Of a DNA stretch of 64,000 bases, positions 1-8,646 are shown one piece after another (position 1 is the first letter of the stretch; each line of letters starts with the position of its first letter). Below the pieces are notes generated by a model. It did not search any database. It saw nothing but the letters and a program-made list of their open reading frames with translations, and was not told the origin of the DNA. The DNA is from a virus (lineage: Duplodnaviria > Caudoviricetes), in the IMG/VR virus record IMGVR_UViG_3300021400_000063. One strand, 5' to 3'. A program made the translations under genes and the position numbers.

Positions 1-322
1 TTGCGATATTTTCATCAGATTTATATTTATTAACATTGATTCCTATATAAAAGAAACTCATAGCATCTAGATTATTATAAAAATATCTTTTATAATGTGC
101 TATTAGATTTAAGAATTCTGTTATAAATTCATTAATATTTTGCTCTGTAAATTTAACATCTTTATCATAATCTATAGCATAAAGATATTTACCCATAATA
201 TAATCAAAATCTAAACAAAAGTAAATAGTTTTTTCAACATCAGTTCGTTTAAAATATAAGTCTAATTCTGAATATTTTATTTTTTGTGAATTAAACATAA
301 TACTTATTAATTCATTACTCAT
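1..322 (-). CDS. Hypothetical phage protein, partial (runs off window start)
   Basis: Manual translation MSNELISIMFNSQKIK...NLIAHYKRYF... is open to position 1; GGAG SD upstream of the ATG at 322; not in the ORF track. Confidence 0.7.
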   Translation of the reverse strand, partial: MSNELISIMFNSQKIKYSELDLYFKRTDVEKTIYFCLDFDYIMGKYLYAIDYDKDVKFTEQNINEFITEFLNLIAHYKRYFYNNLDAMSFFYIGINVNKYKSDENIA

Positions 323-404
323 ATTTTCTCCATGTAACACTAAATGAATATATAATTATATTAAATTACACATATTAATATACATATTCGGAGGGCATTA
401 AATT

Positions 405-626
405 ATGTTATTGAAAATACTTCCCAGTAAGAAAAAGTTATTTGGAAAAGCAAAATACAGTGCAAATGTAACTATTTTAGAAAATAAAAATATTAAATGT
501 ATTAATTGTAAACGAAATATTGAATCTGGTGAACCTGTATTTGAAACTGGAAGGTTTAATAAATATTATTTATGTGAAGCTTGTACAAAAGCTAAAGGAG
601 TTTATAATGAAACAAATAGTAAATAA
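405..626 (+). CDS. Small zinc-ribbon protein
   Basis: CINC...CEAC pair; GGAGG SD upstream. Confidence 0.65.
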   Translation: MLLKILPSKKKLFGKAKYSANVTILENKNIKCINCKRNIESGEPVFETGRFNKYYLCEACTKAKGVYNETNSK

Positions 627-906
627 ACATACTATTATTAGATTAATTAAACCAGAAAATAATAGTGTGGAAAGTATCAAAAAAGAAATCAATAAAAATA
701 TTGATGATTTATTTAATCGTGTTATGGGAAATTCAGATAATGAAAATTTTCAAATATCTGAATTATCTATTAAACGTTTTGATGACAAATTAGTATTGGA
801 TGATAATTTATATTATGTTCCTGAGTTAGAATCTTATAAAAAACTTGAAAAAGAGTATCGTATCGAGATAACAGCAAATGTTATACGAAATGATCCAGAT
901 CAATAA
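607..906 (+). CDS. Hypothetical protein (start revised to MKQIVNK)
   Basis: AAGGAG SD at 595-600 before ATG 607; terminator follows. Confidence 0.65.
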   Translation: MKQIVNKHTIIRLIKPENNSVESIKKEINKNIDDLFNRVMGNSDNENFQISELSIKRFDDKLVLDDNLYYVPELESYKKLEKEYRIEITANVIRNDPDQ

Positions 907-920
907 TTTTATAATAATTT

Positions 921-951
921 TGTCTGTAGTCTTCGGGCTACAGATATTTTT
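921..951 (+). terminator. Intrinsic terminator with cUUCGg loop
   Basis: tgtctgtagtc-TTCG-ggctacagata followed by T-run. Confidence 0.8.
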
Positions 952-978
952 ATTTATATACTTATTTAATGATTTTGA

Positions 979-992
979 AACAGTATAGTATA
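979..992 (+). promoter_or_regulatory. Late-type promoter AACA-N6-TATA
   Basis: AACA gtatag TATA upstream of 1016; matches the AR9 late consensus AACA-N6-TA. Confidence 0.55.
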
Positions 993-1015
993 AATCTTAT
1001 TGGAGGAAAATTTAA

Positions 1016-1912
1016 ATGTATGAACCTTTAAAAGATACCAAAAAACTTATAGAAAAACTTAAGAAAGTTTGTACAGCTATGAGTAAATATAATTTAAACT
1101 CACCATGTTTATTACAAATGATAAGAATGAATGGTACTTATGAATTTATTCTTTCTCATAATCCGAAAAATGGTGATAATTTTGATTATTATAAAATTTT
1201 TAGCACTGTAACATTTGATGAATTTTATATTAGTGAAGAAGATCAGAAATTATTTGTAGACAATGATGAACGTGTTTCTATACCAATTGTAGTATCATCT
1301 TGTGATTTGTTAGGAATTAAATCTCTTATGAGTCACGATGACATTATAAAAACATTCTTAACTAAAACTTATGATGTGTGTTTGGATTCTTGGTATATTT
1401 TTCCAAAACTTATGTTACAAGCTATTAAGGAAGAAGTTATTTTAGGTTTTGAAGTTATGAATCTTCCTACACCTAGAAGAATAAATCAATATTTATTTCA
1501 AATAAATATTAAGTTTAACCCACTCGATAGATATAAACATACATTATTTATAGCAAATTCTGAAAGACTTGATAAGATATTTAATCTTAAAGTTCTTCCA
1601 TTAGAAAGAGAAAATGCGGTAACTGATATCCTTTTCAATTTGTATTTAGATTCAAATGTTTCTTATTTAACTTTAGAGCCTAAAGCTTGGGAAGAAGTAT
1701 TTGAAAAAAATAAATATATGAGCGGAATAAGATTAAATGGATTCAATAATCATCCATTATTAATCTATCATAATGATTTCATGCAAAAGAAAATAGTTTC
1801 GGGTTTTGTATCAAAAAGCTATGATGAACGAAATATTGTAACATTGAATTTTGATATAGAATTAACTGGTGGAATACATACATATTTTAAATACAAATAT
1901 TACGAAATATAA
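1016..1912 (+). CDS. Hypothetical protein
   Basis: 298-aa ORF, GGAGG SD. Confidence 0.8.
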   Translation: MYEPLKDTKKLIEKLKKVCTAMSKYNLNSPCLLQMIRMNGTYEFILSHNPKNGDNFDYYKIFSTVTFDEFYISEEDQKLFVDNDERVSIPIVVSSCDLLGIKSLMSHDDIIKTFLTKTYDVCLDSWYIFPKLMLQAIKEEVILGFEVMNLPTPRRINQYLFQINIKFNPLDRYKHTLFIANSERLDKIFNLKVLPLERENAVTDILFNLYLDSNVSYLTLEPKAWEEVFEKNKYMSGIRLNGFNNHPLLIYHNDFMQKKIVSGFVSKSYDERNIVTLNFDIELTGGIHTYFKYKYYEI

Positions 1913-1930
1913 TAAAAGGAGAAATTTAAA

Positions 1931-2095
1931 ATGGAACTTTTTGAAAGATTAGGTTTTAAATCTGAAGAAGATTTTAATAGATTTAAAGAAACATTTGGAA
2001 ATTATTGGGGTGTAATGCTGCTGATGATGGATCCAGCATATTATGGAAAACTAATATCTAGAGAATTTAATATTGAACGACCAACATTCGATTGA
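1931..2095 (+). CDS. Small hypothetical protein (54 aa, MELFERLGFK...)
   Basis: AGGAG SD, fills the gap between genes; below the ORF-track cutoff. Confidence 0.65.
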   Translation: MELFERLGFKSEEDFNRFKETFGNYWGVMLLMMDPAYYGKLISREFNIERPTFD

Positions 2096-2128
2096 ATTAT
2101 TAATTATAAACAAAATATAAAGGAGTAA

Positions 2129-2641
2129 TTGATGAAAAATTTAATTAATGATCGTCTTACTGAAGACGAAATTAATGAACTTAATAAAGTTTTAACTGAT
2201 AAGAATATCGATTTTGATGATGGTGATAAACGAATTGATGATAAGTTTATTCGATCTGTAGATTATTTCTTTAAACATCAGAAAACATTTAGTAAAATGT
2301 CTCTTGTTGATGTTTTTAAATGGTTTTATTATCTTGGAGTTAATACTGAACCTGATTCTAAAGAAATTTCTATGGAAGAAGTTATGAAAATGATCGACGA
2401 TCAAAATTTCATAGAAATGGTATCGAACTTTATTAAAAATCCGATGGCTAGCGAAAAATATACAGTCGATATCAATGCTGCAGATAATGTAGTACGCTTG
2501 ACACAAAATTGTATAGGATCGGAATGTTCTTGCTCTCCACAACGAGAAGATTGTTGTAAAAATAATTGTGGCGATAAATGCTCTATTATAATTCCGATGT
2601 CTAAATTTAATGAAATGATAAACTTTAAGGAGATCAATTAA
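2129..2641 (+). CDS. Hypothetical protein with Cys-rich C-terminal segment
   Basis: AAGGAG SD; CIGSECSCSPQREDCCKNNCGDKC. Confidence 0.75.
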   Translation: MMKNLINDRLTEDEINELNKVLTDKNIDFDDGDKRIDDKFIRSVDYFFKHQKTFSKMSLVDVFKWFYYLGVNTEPDSKEISMEEVMKMIDDQNFIEMVSNFIKNPMASEKYTVDINAADNVVRLTQNCIGSECSCSPQREDCCKNNCGDKCSIIIPMSKFNEMINFKEIN

Positions 2642-3325
2642 ATGAAAATTGAAAAAATATTAGATACGATAATGGATATGTATAAGAAAAATACATTAAA
2701 TAATAGAGATCATTTAACTATTAAAAGCAAAGATAAAACTTTTATTGGCGCTCGTTTTACTGATTTTTCCTATAATATTTGGTTTGATACATATCACTAT
2801 CTTGTTTTTGATATTATAAAAAATATTGATTTTGATATGAATATAACTTATCTAAATTCTGATGATTTGAATAAAACATGTGTAATGGATATTGACATGA
2901 AATTAAAAGACTATAAAAAACTTGTTCGTCTTTTACATTTATTAGATGATAGAATTAGATTTTTAAAACGTTTGGAATATTATAAACGGTGTATAATTTT
3001 TATGAATGATATTTCAAAAAGATATAATTATGATTTAAAAAATGATGATAAATTATTTAAACGTTATGGGTTTGTTTTCGATGGCTATATGTTTAATTCG
3101 AATCTTATTTCTAGACCATCCGATATTCAATCTATAACATATGAAAAATTATACAAAATGCCTAAATTATATAGAAAGCTTTTATTAAAGAATAAAAAAA
3201 TAATAAAATCTTTAATACATAAGTATTGGCCTAAGTATTTAAATCGTAAAGATATTAAACGACTTATATTTTCTGTAAATGATTATTATTTTAAATATAT
3301 TGAAACGGGATTAGTTTATAGATAA
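2642..3325 (+). CDS. Hypothetical protein
   Basis: 227-aa ORF with SD, abuts the previous gene. Confidence 0.7.
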   Translation: MKIEKILDTIMDMYKKNTLNNRDHLTIKSKDKTFIGARFTDFSYNIWFDTYHYLVFDIIKNIDFDMNITYLNSDDLNKTCVMDIDMKLKDYKKLVRLLHLLDDRIRFLKRLEYYKRCIIFMNDISKRYNYDLKNDDKLFKRYGFVFDGYMFNSNLISRPSDIQSITYEKLYKMPKLYRKLLLKNKKIIKSLIHKYWPKYLNRKDIKRLIFSVNDYYFKYIETGLVYR

Positions 3326-3370
3326 AAAAATAAATTATTTATATAGTTTGAGTTAAAGGGGGATTTTAAA

Positions 3371-5161
3371 ATGGGTAAATATATTTTGAATTCCATGTAT
3401 TTGAAAGCTAGATGGAGAAAAGCTGATAAAATTAATCCTTTCTCGGATTTCAATATGGAAAAAATATCAGACGATTGTTTGATACAAATTATAAAAGATG
3501 ATGAAACTAATACATCAGAAATTCAAATTATAGAAAGACCAACGATTGAATATTATACAGTTATAGATGAACAAAATTGTAAACCTTACAATCAAATGTA
3601 TATTGATCGTGATTTGGTTGAACCACATACAGTTGAATATTCAAAACGTGAAGGAGATATTTGTAAATATCTAGGAATTTACGATGAATACAAACGTTTA
3701 AAAGCTGAAGCTAATAAATATCATACAGATCCTGAAATGGCTAAAATGGATAAGATGAACTTTAAGAAATTTATGAATAATAAAGTTTATATGAGTCCAC
3801 TTATCTATGAGGCAGATTTGGCTATTGAAGATTATTATAAAACTGCTTTTATGAAAAAACATGGTAGTAAACTTCCTCGTGTTCTCAATATAAGTTATTA
3901 TGATATCGAAACCTTTATCTATCGTTTTAAAGAGCAGGTAGATCAGAATAATCCATTGGCTCCAATTTCAATTATCACATATTACAATAATAAACAGAAT
4001 CATTTCTATGCACTTTGTTTATTCTTAGATGAAATTAGAGAAGTTCAGCAAGAAGTTCAGAAAGATATCGATGGATACATTAATGAATATATTCGTGAAG
4101 ATTTTGAAAAGATTCCTGATTGTAAAATCAATATTAAATTCTTTGAATCTGAACGAACTATGTTACAGGCATTCCACCAATTGATTCAACAGGATAAACC
4201 AGACTTTGCAATGGCTTGGAACAGTAATTATGATAATAAATACATGTTGGGTCGTGAAAAGATTCTTGGTTTGGATATTACAAATCTCTGGTGTCATCCT
4301 GATGTTCCAGAACAGTATAGACAATTCTCATTCAATGAAGATCCTCAGAGAAAAGAGAAAGTTTATAATGCTGGTGGAGATTCTGGAAATAAGAAACACT
4401 TCTCGAGATTGTGGGATTGGATTGTTGCTCCAGGTTATACAACTTACATAGACCAAATGTCGTTGTATAGTAATTTGCGTAAACGAAGTATTGAACGAAG
4501 CTACAAATTGGATGCTATAGCTGAAAAAGAAATTCATGCTAATAAAGTAGATCTTTCTGATTTTGGATATAACATTCGTAATGCTATCGTTAAAGATTTT
4601 AAAATATTCTTAAAATACTCTATGCGTGATACTGCATTACTTCATTTACTTGAAGAACGTAACCACGATTTGATCACTTATCTATCTCTTGCAGATAATA
4701 CAGATACAAAGAATGGTGTAAACGTTAGTATTATTATTAAGAATGCATTCTACAATAGATTCTTGGATAATAATCAAGTTATGGGTAACACTATTGATTA
4801 TGGTGTTAAAGAATCAATCGATGGTGCTTTAGTACAAGATCCATTATTATTGGAAGTTCCTCCAGTAGAAATTAATGGGCATAAAACTAAAATATTCCGA
4901 AATGTTGTAGATTGGGATGCCAAATCACTTTATCCATCTCTAATGTGTCAACATCAAATCGGTCGAGAAAATCAGAGATATAGAATTCTCAATATTACAG
5001 ATCAGTATGGTAATTTCATAATGACTGGCCAGGATTATAATCAATATCTTCAAACTAAAGATGTTAGTATTATTGATCTTTGTCATGAACTATACGATTT
5101 ACCAAATATCGAAGATATTCTTAGCGATGTTGAAAACCAATTAAAACGAGTTTGTGCTTAA
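3371..5161 (+). CDS. Split family-B DNA polymerase subunit (3'-5' exonuclease plus motif A)
   Basis: ExoI YDIETF, ExoII WNSNYD, ExoIII YSMRD, YKLDAIAEKE, motif A DWDAKSLYPS; motifs B and C absent before the stop. Confidence 0.85.
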   Translation: MGKYILNSMYLKARWRKADKINPFSDFNMEKISDDCLIQIIKDDETNTSEIQIIERPTIEYYTVIDEQNCKPYNQMYIDRDLVEPHTVEYSKREGDICKYLGIYDEYKRLKAEANKYHTDPEMAKMDKMNFKKFMNNKVYMSPLIYEADLAIEDYYKTAFMKKHGSKLPRVLNISYYDIETFIYRFKEQVDQNNPLAPISIITYYNNKQNHFYALCLFLDEIREVQQEVQKDIDGYINEYIREDFEKIPDCKINIKFFESERTMLQAFHQLIQQDKPDFAMAWNSNYDNKYMLGREKILGLDITNLWCHPDVPEQYRQFSFNEDPQRKEKVYNAGGDSGNKKHFSRLWDWIVAPGYTTYIDQMSLYSNLRKRSIERSYKLDAIAEKEIHANKVDLSDFGYNIRNAIVKDFKIFLKYSMRDTALLHLLEERNHDLITYLSLADNTDTKNGVNVSIIIKNAFYNRFLDNNQVMGNTIDYGVKESIDGALVQDPLLLEVPPVEINGHKTKIFRNVVDWDAKSLYPSLMCQHQIGRENQRYRILNITDQYGNFIMTGQDYNQYLQTKDVSIIDLCHELYDLPNIEDILSDVENQLKRVCA

Positions 5162-5165
5162 TTAT

Positions 5166-5196
5166 AAAAGTGTGGATATTTATCCACACTTTTTTT
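5166..5196 (+). terminator. Intrinsic terminator
   Basis: aaaagtgtggata/tatccacactttt followed by T-run. Confidence 0.8.
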
Positions 5197-5223
5197 ATAT
5201 ATTATATTTTTGAAGAGGTATAT

Positions 5224-5394
5224 ATGGAAGAAATAAAAATTGATCCGAAAACTTGTTACACTAGTTATGCGGAACAAGAAATAGAGGATGATAACCCTCC
5301 AATTCCTGAAAAACTTTACAATAAAATAAAATCTAAAGGCTATGAGTCTCTTAGAGAATATGCTTTTTATGAGCATGGTGTAATAATGCCTTAG
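5224..5394 (+). CDS. Small hypothetical protein (start revised to MEEIKIDPK)
   Basis: GAGG SD before ATG 5224; terminator at 5401-5430. Confidence 0.65.
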   Translation: MEEIKIDPKTCYTSYAEQEIEDDNPPIPEKLYNKIKSKGYESLREYAFYEHGVIMP

Positions 5395-5428
5395 TTTTTA
5401 AAATAGGATCAATAGCGATCCTATTTTT

Positions 5429-5460
5429 TTGCAAATGGTTTATGATGCTTGATATATTAT
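5429..5460 (+). promoter_or_regulatory. Early-type promoter TTGCAA-N18-TATATTAT
   Basis: Same motif and spacing at 5732, 8043 and 52262; resembles phiKZ/AR9 early TATATTA(C/T). Confidence 0.65.
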
Positions 5461-5466
5461 AATTAT

Positions 5467-5733
5467 GGATAAAAGATAGAGAGGGGTGTTCATGCACCCC
5501 TCTCTAAATATAGCTTTTACCAAGGAGGTGAAAAACTATGGAAGGTAAACAATTGTTTACATACCATTATAGTGTAAACTATAATGGTTTTCCAGTCACT
5601 AAGACCAAATTAGTGACAAGACAGGAATTTATTTCCGTTACAGGAATAGACCCTGTCACAAACAAATGTATATTTTAATTGTTAATATACATTTATTAAA
5701 TATAGAAGAGGGATTAATCTCTCTTCTTTTTTT
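5467..5733 (+). ncRNA. Highly structured transcript (seven consecutive stem-loops plus terminator), possibly dual-function
   Basis: Stems at 5477-5506, 5511-5538, 5545-5560, 5563-5588, 5595-5617, 5620-5657, 5664-5694; terminator 5704-5733. Confidence 0.5.
5538..5678 (+). CDS. 46-aa small ORF MEGKQLFTYHYSVNYNGFPVTKTKLVTRQEFISVTGIDPVTNKCIF
   Basis: AAGGAGGTG SD 7 nt upstream of the ATG; lies within the hairpin array. Confidence 0.5.
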   Translation: MEGKQLFTYHYSVNYNGFPVTKTKLVTRQEFISVTGIDPVTNKCIF

Positions 5734-5763
5734 GTAAAAGGTTTATATTATTTGATATATTAT
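5732..5763 (+). promoter_or_regulatory. Early-type promoter TTGTAA-N18-TATATTAT
   Basis: Conserved motif and spacing, directly after a terminator. Confidence 0.65.
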
Positions 5764-5842
5764 AATAATGAATAAAGGAAGTTAAAAATGTTAAATAAGT
5801 AAAAAGAATAAAACATTTCTCCTTTATTCAAGGAGAAAAATT

Positions 5843-6034
5843 ATGAATGAAGATATTATGAAGAAGTTTAAGGATGCTATGAATTCCTTAAACGATGAAG
5901 ATATGGAGATTGTATCAACCAATCTCCATAAAAACAATATGAGAATTGAAAGAGATATTCGATTTTCATATTTAACAAGAGAATCATCTCAACCAACTAA
6001 TAAAAGAAGTTATACTTCTATGAGAGTTGGCTGA
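5843..6034 (+). CDS. Small early hypothetical protein
   Basis: AAGGAG SD, own promoter and terminator (6039-6073). Confidence 0.7.
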   Translation: MNEDIMKKFKDAMNSLNDEDMEIVSTNLHKNNMRIERDIRFSYLTRESSQPTNKRSYTSMRVG

Positions 6035-6131
6035 GATTAAGAGATAGGAAATTAAGTTTCCTATCTTTTTTTTAATTATATATTTTCTCCTTAACAAGAA
6101 AGTGTACATATTCTTTGGAGGATTAAAAATA

Positions 6132-7745
6132 ATGGCTAAGTATTTACAAACAATTAGTGTAACTGAAGATGAGGTTAATAAAGCAAGGTTAGAACCTTTT
6201 GAAGAAAGAAATAAAAATATTGTTGTAGAATTTGATAAGATTTTTACAAATGAAAATTTTAATGTTTACAATAAGTTTGTTACAGGTATTGGTAAGAAAC
6301 GCGTTTATTCTTCCATGGCTACAGATATATGTAATGATAACAACATGATTCTTAATCAATGTGACCCACAATTGAAAATGAGAATTCTTTATTCTTATTT
6401 CACTATTAAGAAAGCAATCGATCTTAAGAAATTTGTTAAGGTTGATGATGAAAGTGCTTTACAACAGTATGGTGCTGAAGCACACAGAGACTTTGGTAAA
6501 TATGAAAACTTTATCAACTTCCTCATTTCAACTTTATTTACAGTTGATTTTATTGAAGCTATTAAATCTTATGTTGAAGAACATTATGAAGTTTCTGTAG
6601 ATGAAAAAGAATCTGCTAATTATGCTGAAGCTACAACATTTACAAATGAACATTTGAAACTTATCTATACAGCATCTTATATGACTAAATTTGCAATCCC
6701 ATTATGTACACATTATATCTTTATCAACTCTGATCTCAATATCGATGTATTCAATTTCATGTACACTATTTTTGATGCTATCTTTAAGATTATCGTTGTT
6801 GGTACAAATTGTTCTAATTTGATGAATAAACTCTATCAATATTGTGATAGAATTGTTTCTCGAACAGAATCTTCTAATAAACGTATTTGGGATAGTTTCC
6901 CTATGTTTAATAAAACTCGCGAATCAATTGTTGACGAATTGGTTATCAAAATTGTAACAACAATTATTCCTAAAGCCGATCTTAAGAAATCAGTTATTAA
7001 ACTTATTGCAGTTGTAGCTCGCATGAGTATTATGGAATTCCAGATCCGCGCAAACAATCCTTACGATTGTTATAGAATTAATGATAGTGATAATTCATCT
7101 GATGATGAAGATAAATTGTCAGAAAATGATATCTTCGATATGTTCTATCGTAATACTGATGAATCTATTGTTATTCTTAATAGATATGCTAATGATGATG
7201 CTATTGAATGTATCTGTAGAAGAAATAATGTTTACATTTCTCAGGAAGAATTTGAATTCTATAAAAAGAATTATCAGTTGCATTATTTCACAGTAAATAT
7301 TGTATCTACTGTATTTGCTAGATTCTTCTCTGGTGTAGATAATGTAAGATCTTGTACATTTGATCAGTTTGTTAAATTGGTAATCGTATTAATTCATAAG
7401 ATGAAAGATCTTGGTATTGAATATCTTCCACATTTCGTAACAGCAACACGTGCAAGCTATTCATTTACTAGAGCTCCATCTGTAAGTGTATTAAAACAAC
7501 TTAAGAATGATTATGATTACAATCAATTGATTGAAATCAAATATCGAAATATCAGAAGTGTATTTGAAATTAAAACAAGTACGTCTGATGAAAGAAATCC
7601 TATCAAAGATATGATTGTAAGCCTTATTCATAATGATTACATTTATAATGATTTTGGTGGAAAACACAATGGTGAAAAGATTCCTGTTGATGAATCCGCT
7701 ATTGTAAAAGATGTAATCAAAGTTTACAAACAAATGTTGATTTAG
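6132..7745 (+). CDS. Probable nvRNAP promoter-specificity (sigma-like) subunit, phiKZ gp68/AR9 gp226-like
   Basis: Start revised to MAKYLQ (GGAGG SD); size and the segment TFTNEHLKLIYTASYMTKFAIPLCTHYI recall this family; nvRNAP subunits present in the window; not confirmed by search. Confidence 0.5.
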   Translation: MAKYLQTISVTEDEVNKARLEPFEERNKNIVVEFDKIFTNENFNVYNKFVTGIGKKRVYSSMATDICNDNNMILNQCDPQLKMRILYSYFTIKKAIDLKKFVKVDDESALQQYGAEAHRDFGKYENFINFLISTLFTVDFIEAIKSYVEEHYEVSVDEKESANYAEATTFTNEHLKLIYTASYMTKFAIPLCTHYIFINSDLNIDVFNFMYTIFDAIFKIIVVGTNCSNLMNKLYQYCDRIVSRTESSNKRIWDSFPMFNKTRESIVDELVIKIVTTIIPKADLKKSVIKLIAVVARMSIMEFQIRANNPYDCYRINDSDNSSDDEDKLSENDIFDMFYRNTDESIVILNRYANDDAIECICRRNNVYISQEEFEFYKKNYQLHYFTVNIVSTVFARFFSGVDNVRSCTFDQFVKLVIVLIHKMKDLGIEYLPHFVTATRASYSFTRAPSVSVLKQLKNDYDYNQLIEIKYRNIRSVFEIKTSTSDERNPIKDMIVSLIHNDYIYNDFGGKHNGEKIPVDESAIVKDVIKVYKQMLI

Positions 7746-7796
7746 GTTATTCCAGAGCGTCGTTGACGAATTCTGTATAACATACTTTAAGCCATT

Positions 7797-7832
7797 GGAG
7801 GGAACGTTGTTAAGTGCGTTCCCTCCTTTTTT
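7797..7832 (+). terminator. Intrinsic terminator
   Basis: ggagggaacg/cgttccctcc followed by T-run. Confidence 0.8.
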
Positions 7833-7848
7833 ATTAAGGAGAATTAAA

Positions 7849-8010
7849 ATGGAATATAAACCTACAACGGAAATAGTTTTACCTAGAGGAAATGGTAAAT
7901 CTATGGAATGTCTTAAAGGATTATGCAAATTCTTTTATAAAAAATATTACGGTTTTGAAAAATATGAATATATTAAGAAACATGTTTATGAATTGGTTAA
8001 AAAAAAGTAA
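7849..8010 (+). CDS. Small protein with P-loop-like LPRGNGKS
   Basis: AAGGAG SD before ATG 7849; terminator 8019-8044. Confidence 0.6.
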   Translation: MEYKPTTEIVLPRGNGKSMECLKGLCKFFYKKYYGFEKYEYIKKHVYELVKKK

Positions 8011-8042
8011 ATAAATAGAATAGGGATTTGTATCCCTATTTT

Positions 8043-8074
8043 TTGTAAACCTATTATTCTTTTTTGTATATTAT
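8043..8074 (+). promoter_or_regulatory. Early-type promoter TTGTAA-N18-TATATTAT
   Basis: Conserved motif and spacing. Confidence 0.65.
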
Positions 8075-8143
8075 AACAATGAGTGTGGATGACTATAAAC
8101 TCTTAATAAAAATAAATTTAATTATAGTCAAGGGATAAGTTAT

Positions 8144-8530
8144 ATGAAAAAAGAACAGATTCTTAAAATGGCTGCTAAAACAGCTGAAGATTTTAATGAA
8201 GGAGATTTCTTCATTGGTTGCACTATTGAAGAAATTCTTCCTAATAAGAACAAGACTACACTTGTATGTGTAGACTGTTCTTGGTTAAAACCAGGTCAAC
8301 AAGCAATTGTTGATCGTAATGACCTCGATGAAATTGAAGAGAAAAATTTCTCTTCGATAAAAGTAGACACTGACTTTAATGAGTTAGTGTTTACAAAATG
8401 GTGTGATATGGTAGATGAAGATGGTGATACCCACCATTGTAAAATTGAAAGTTTTGCGGAGGTGTCCGATAATATCTATCAACCTGTGGAAACAGATGAG
8501 ATTGATTGGGTAGTTTATATCGAAATCTAA
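8144..8530 (+). CDS. Acidic early hypothetical protein
   Basis: 128-aa ORF downstream of an early-type promoter. Confidence 0.75.
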   Translation: MKKEQILKMAAKTAEDFNEGDFFIGCTIEEILPNKNKTTLVCVDCSWLKPGQQAIVDRNDLDEIEEKNFSSIKVDTDFNELVFTKWCDMVDEDGDTHHCKIESFAEVSDNIYQPVETDEIDWVVYIEI

Positions 8531-8646
8531 ATCATCTCTCTTTTTAAAACAGAAAATTCGAAAGGGTTTTCTGTACCAGATTGCTCTGGTTTCTTTTTTT
8601 CATTTATATATTTTAACTATGAAACTAATAAGGAGGTATTCTAATT

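Noticed and set aside
5467-5733. CRISPR mini-array
   Set aside because: The hairpins differ in sequence; there are no direct repeats with spacers
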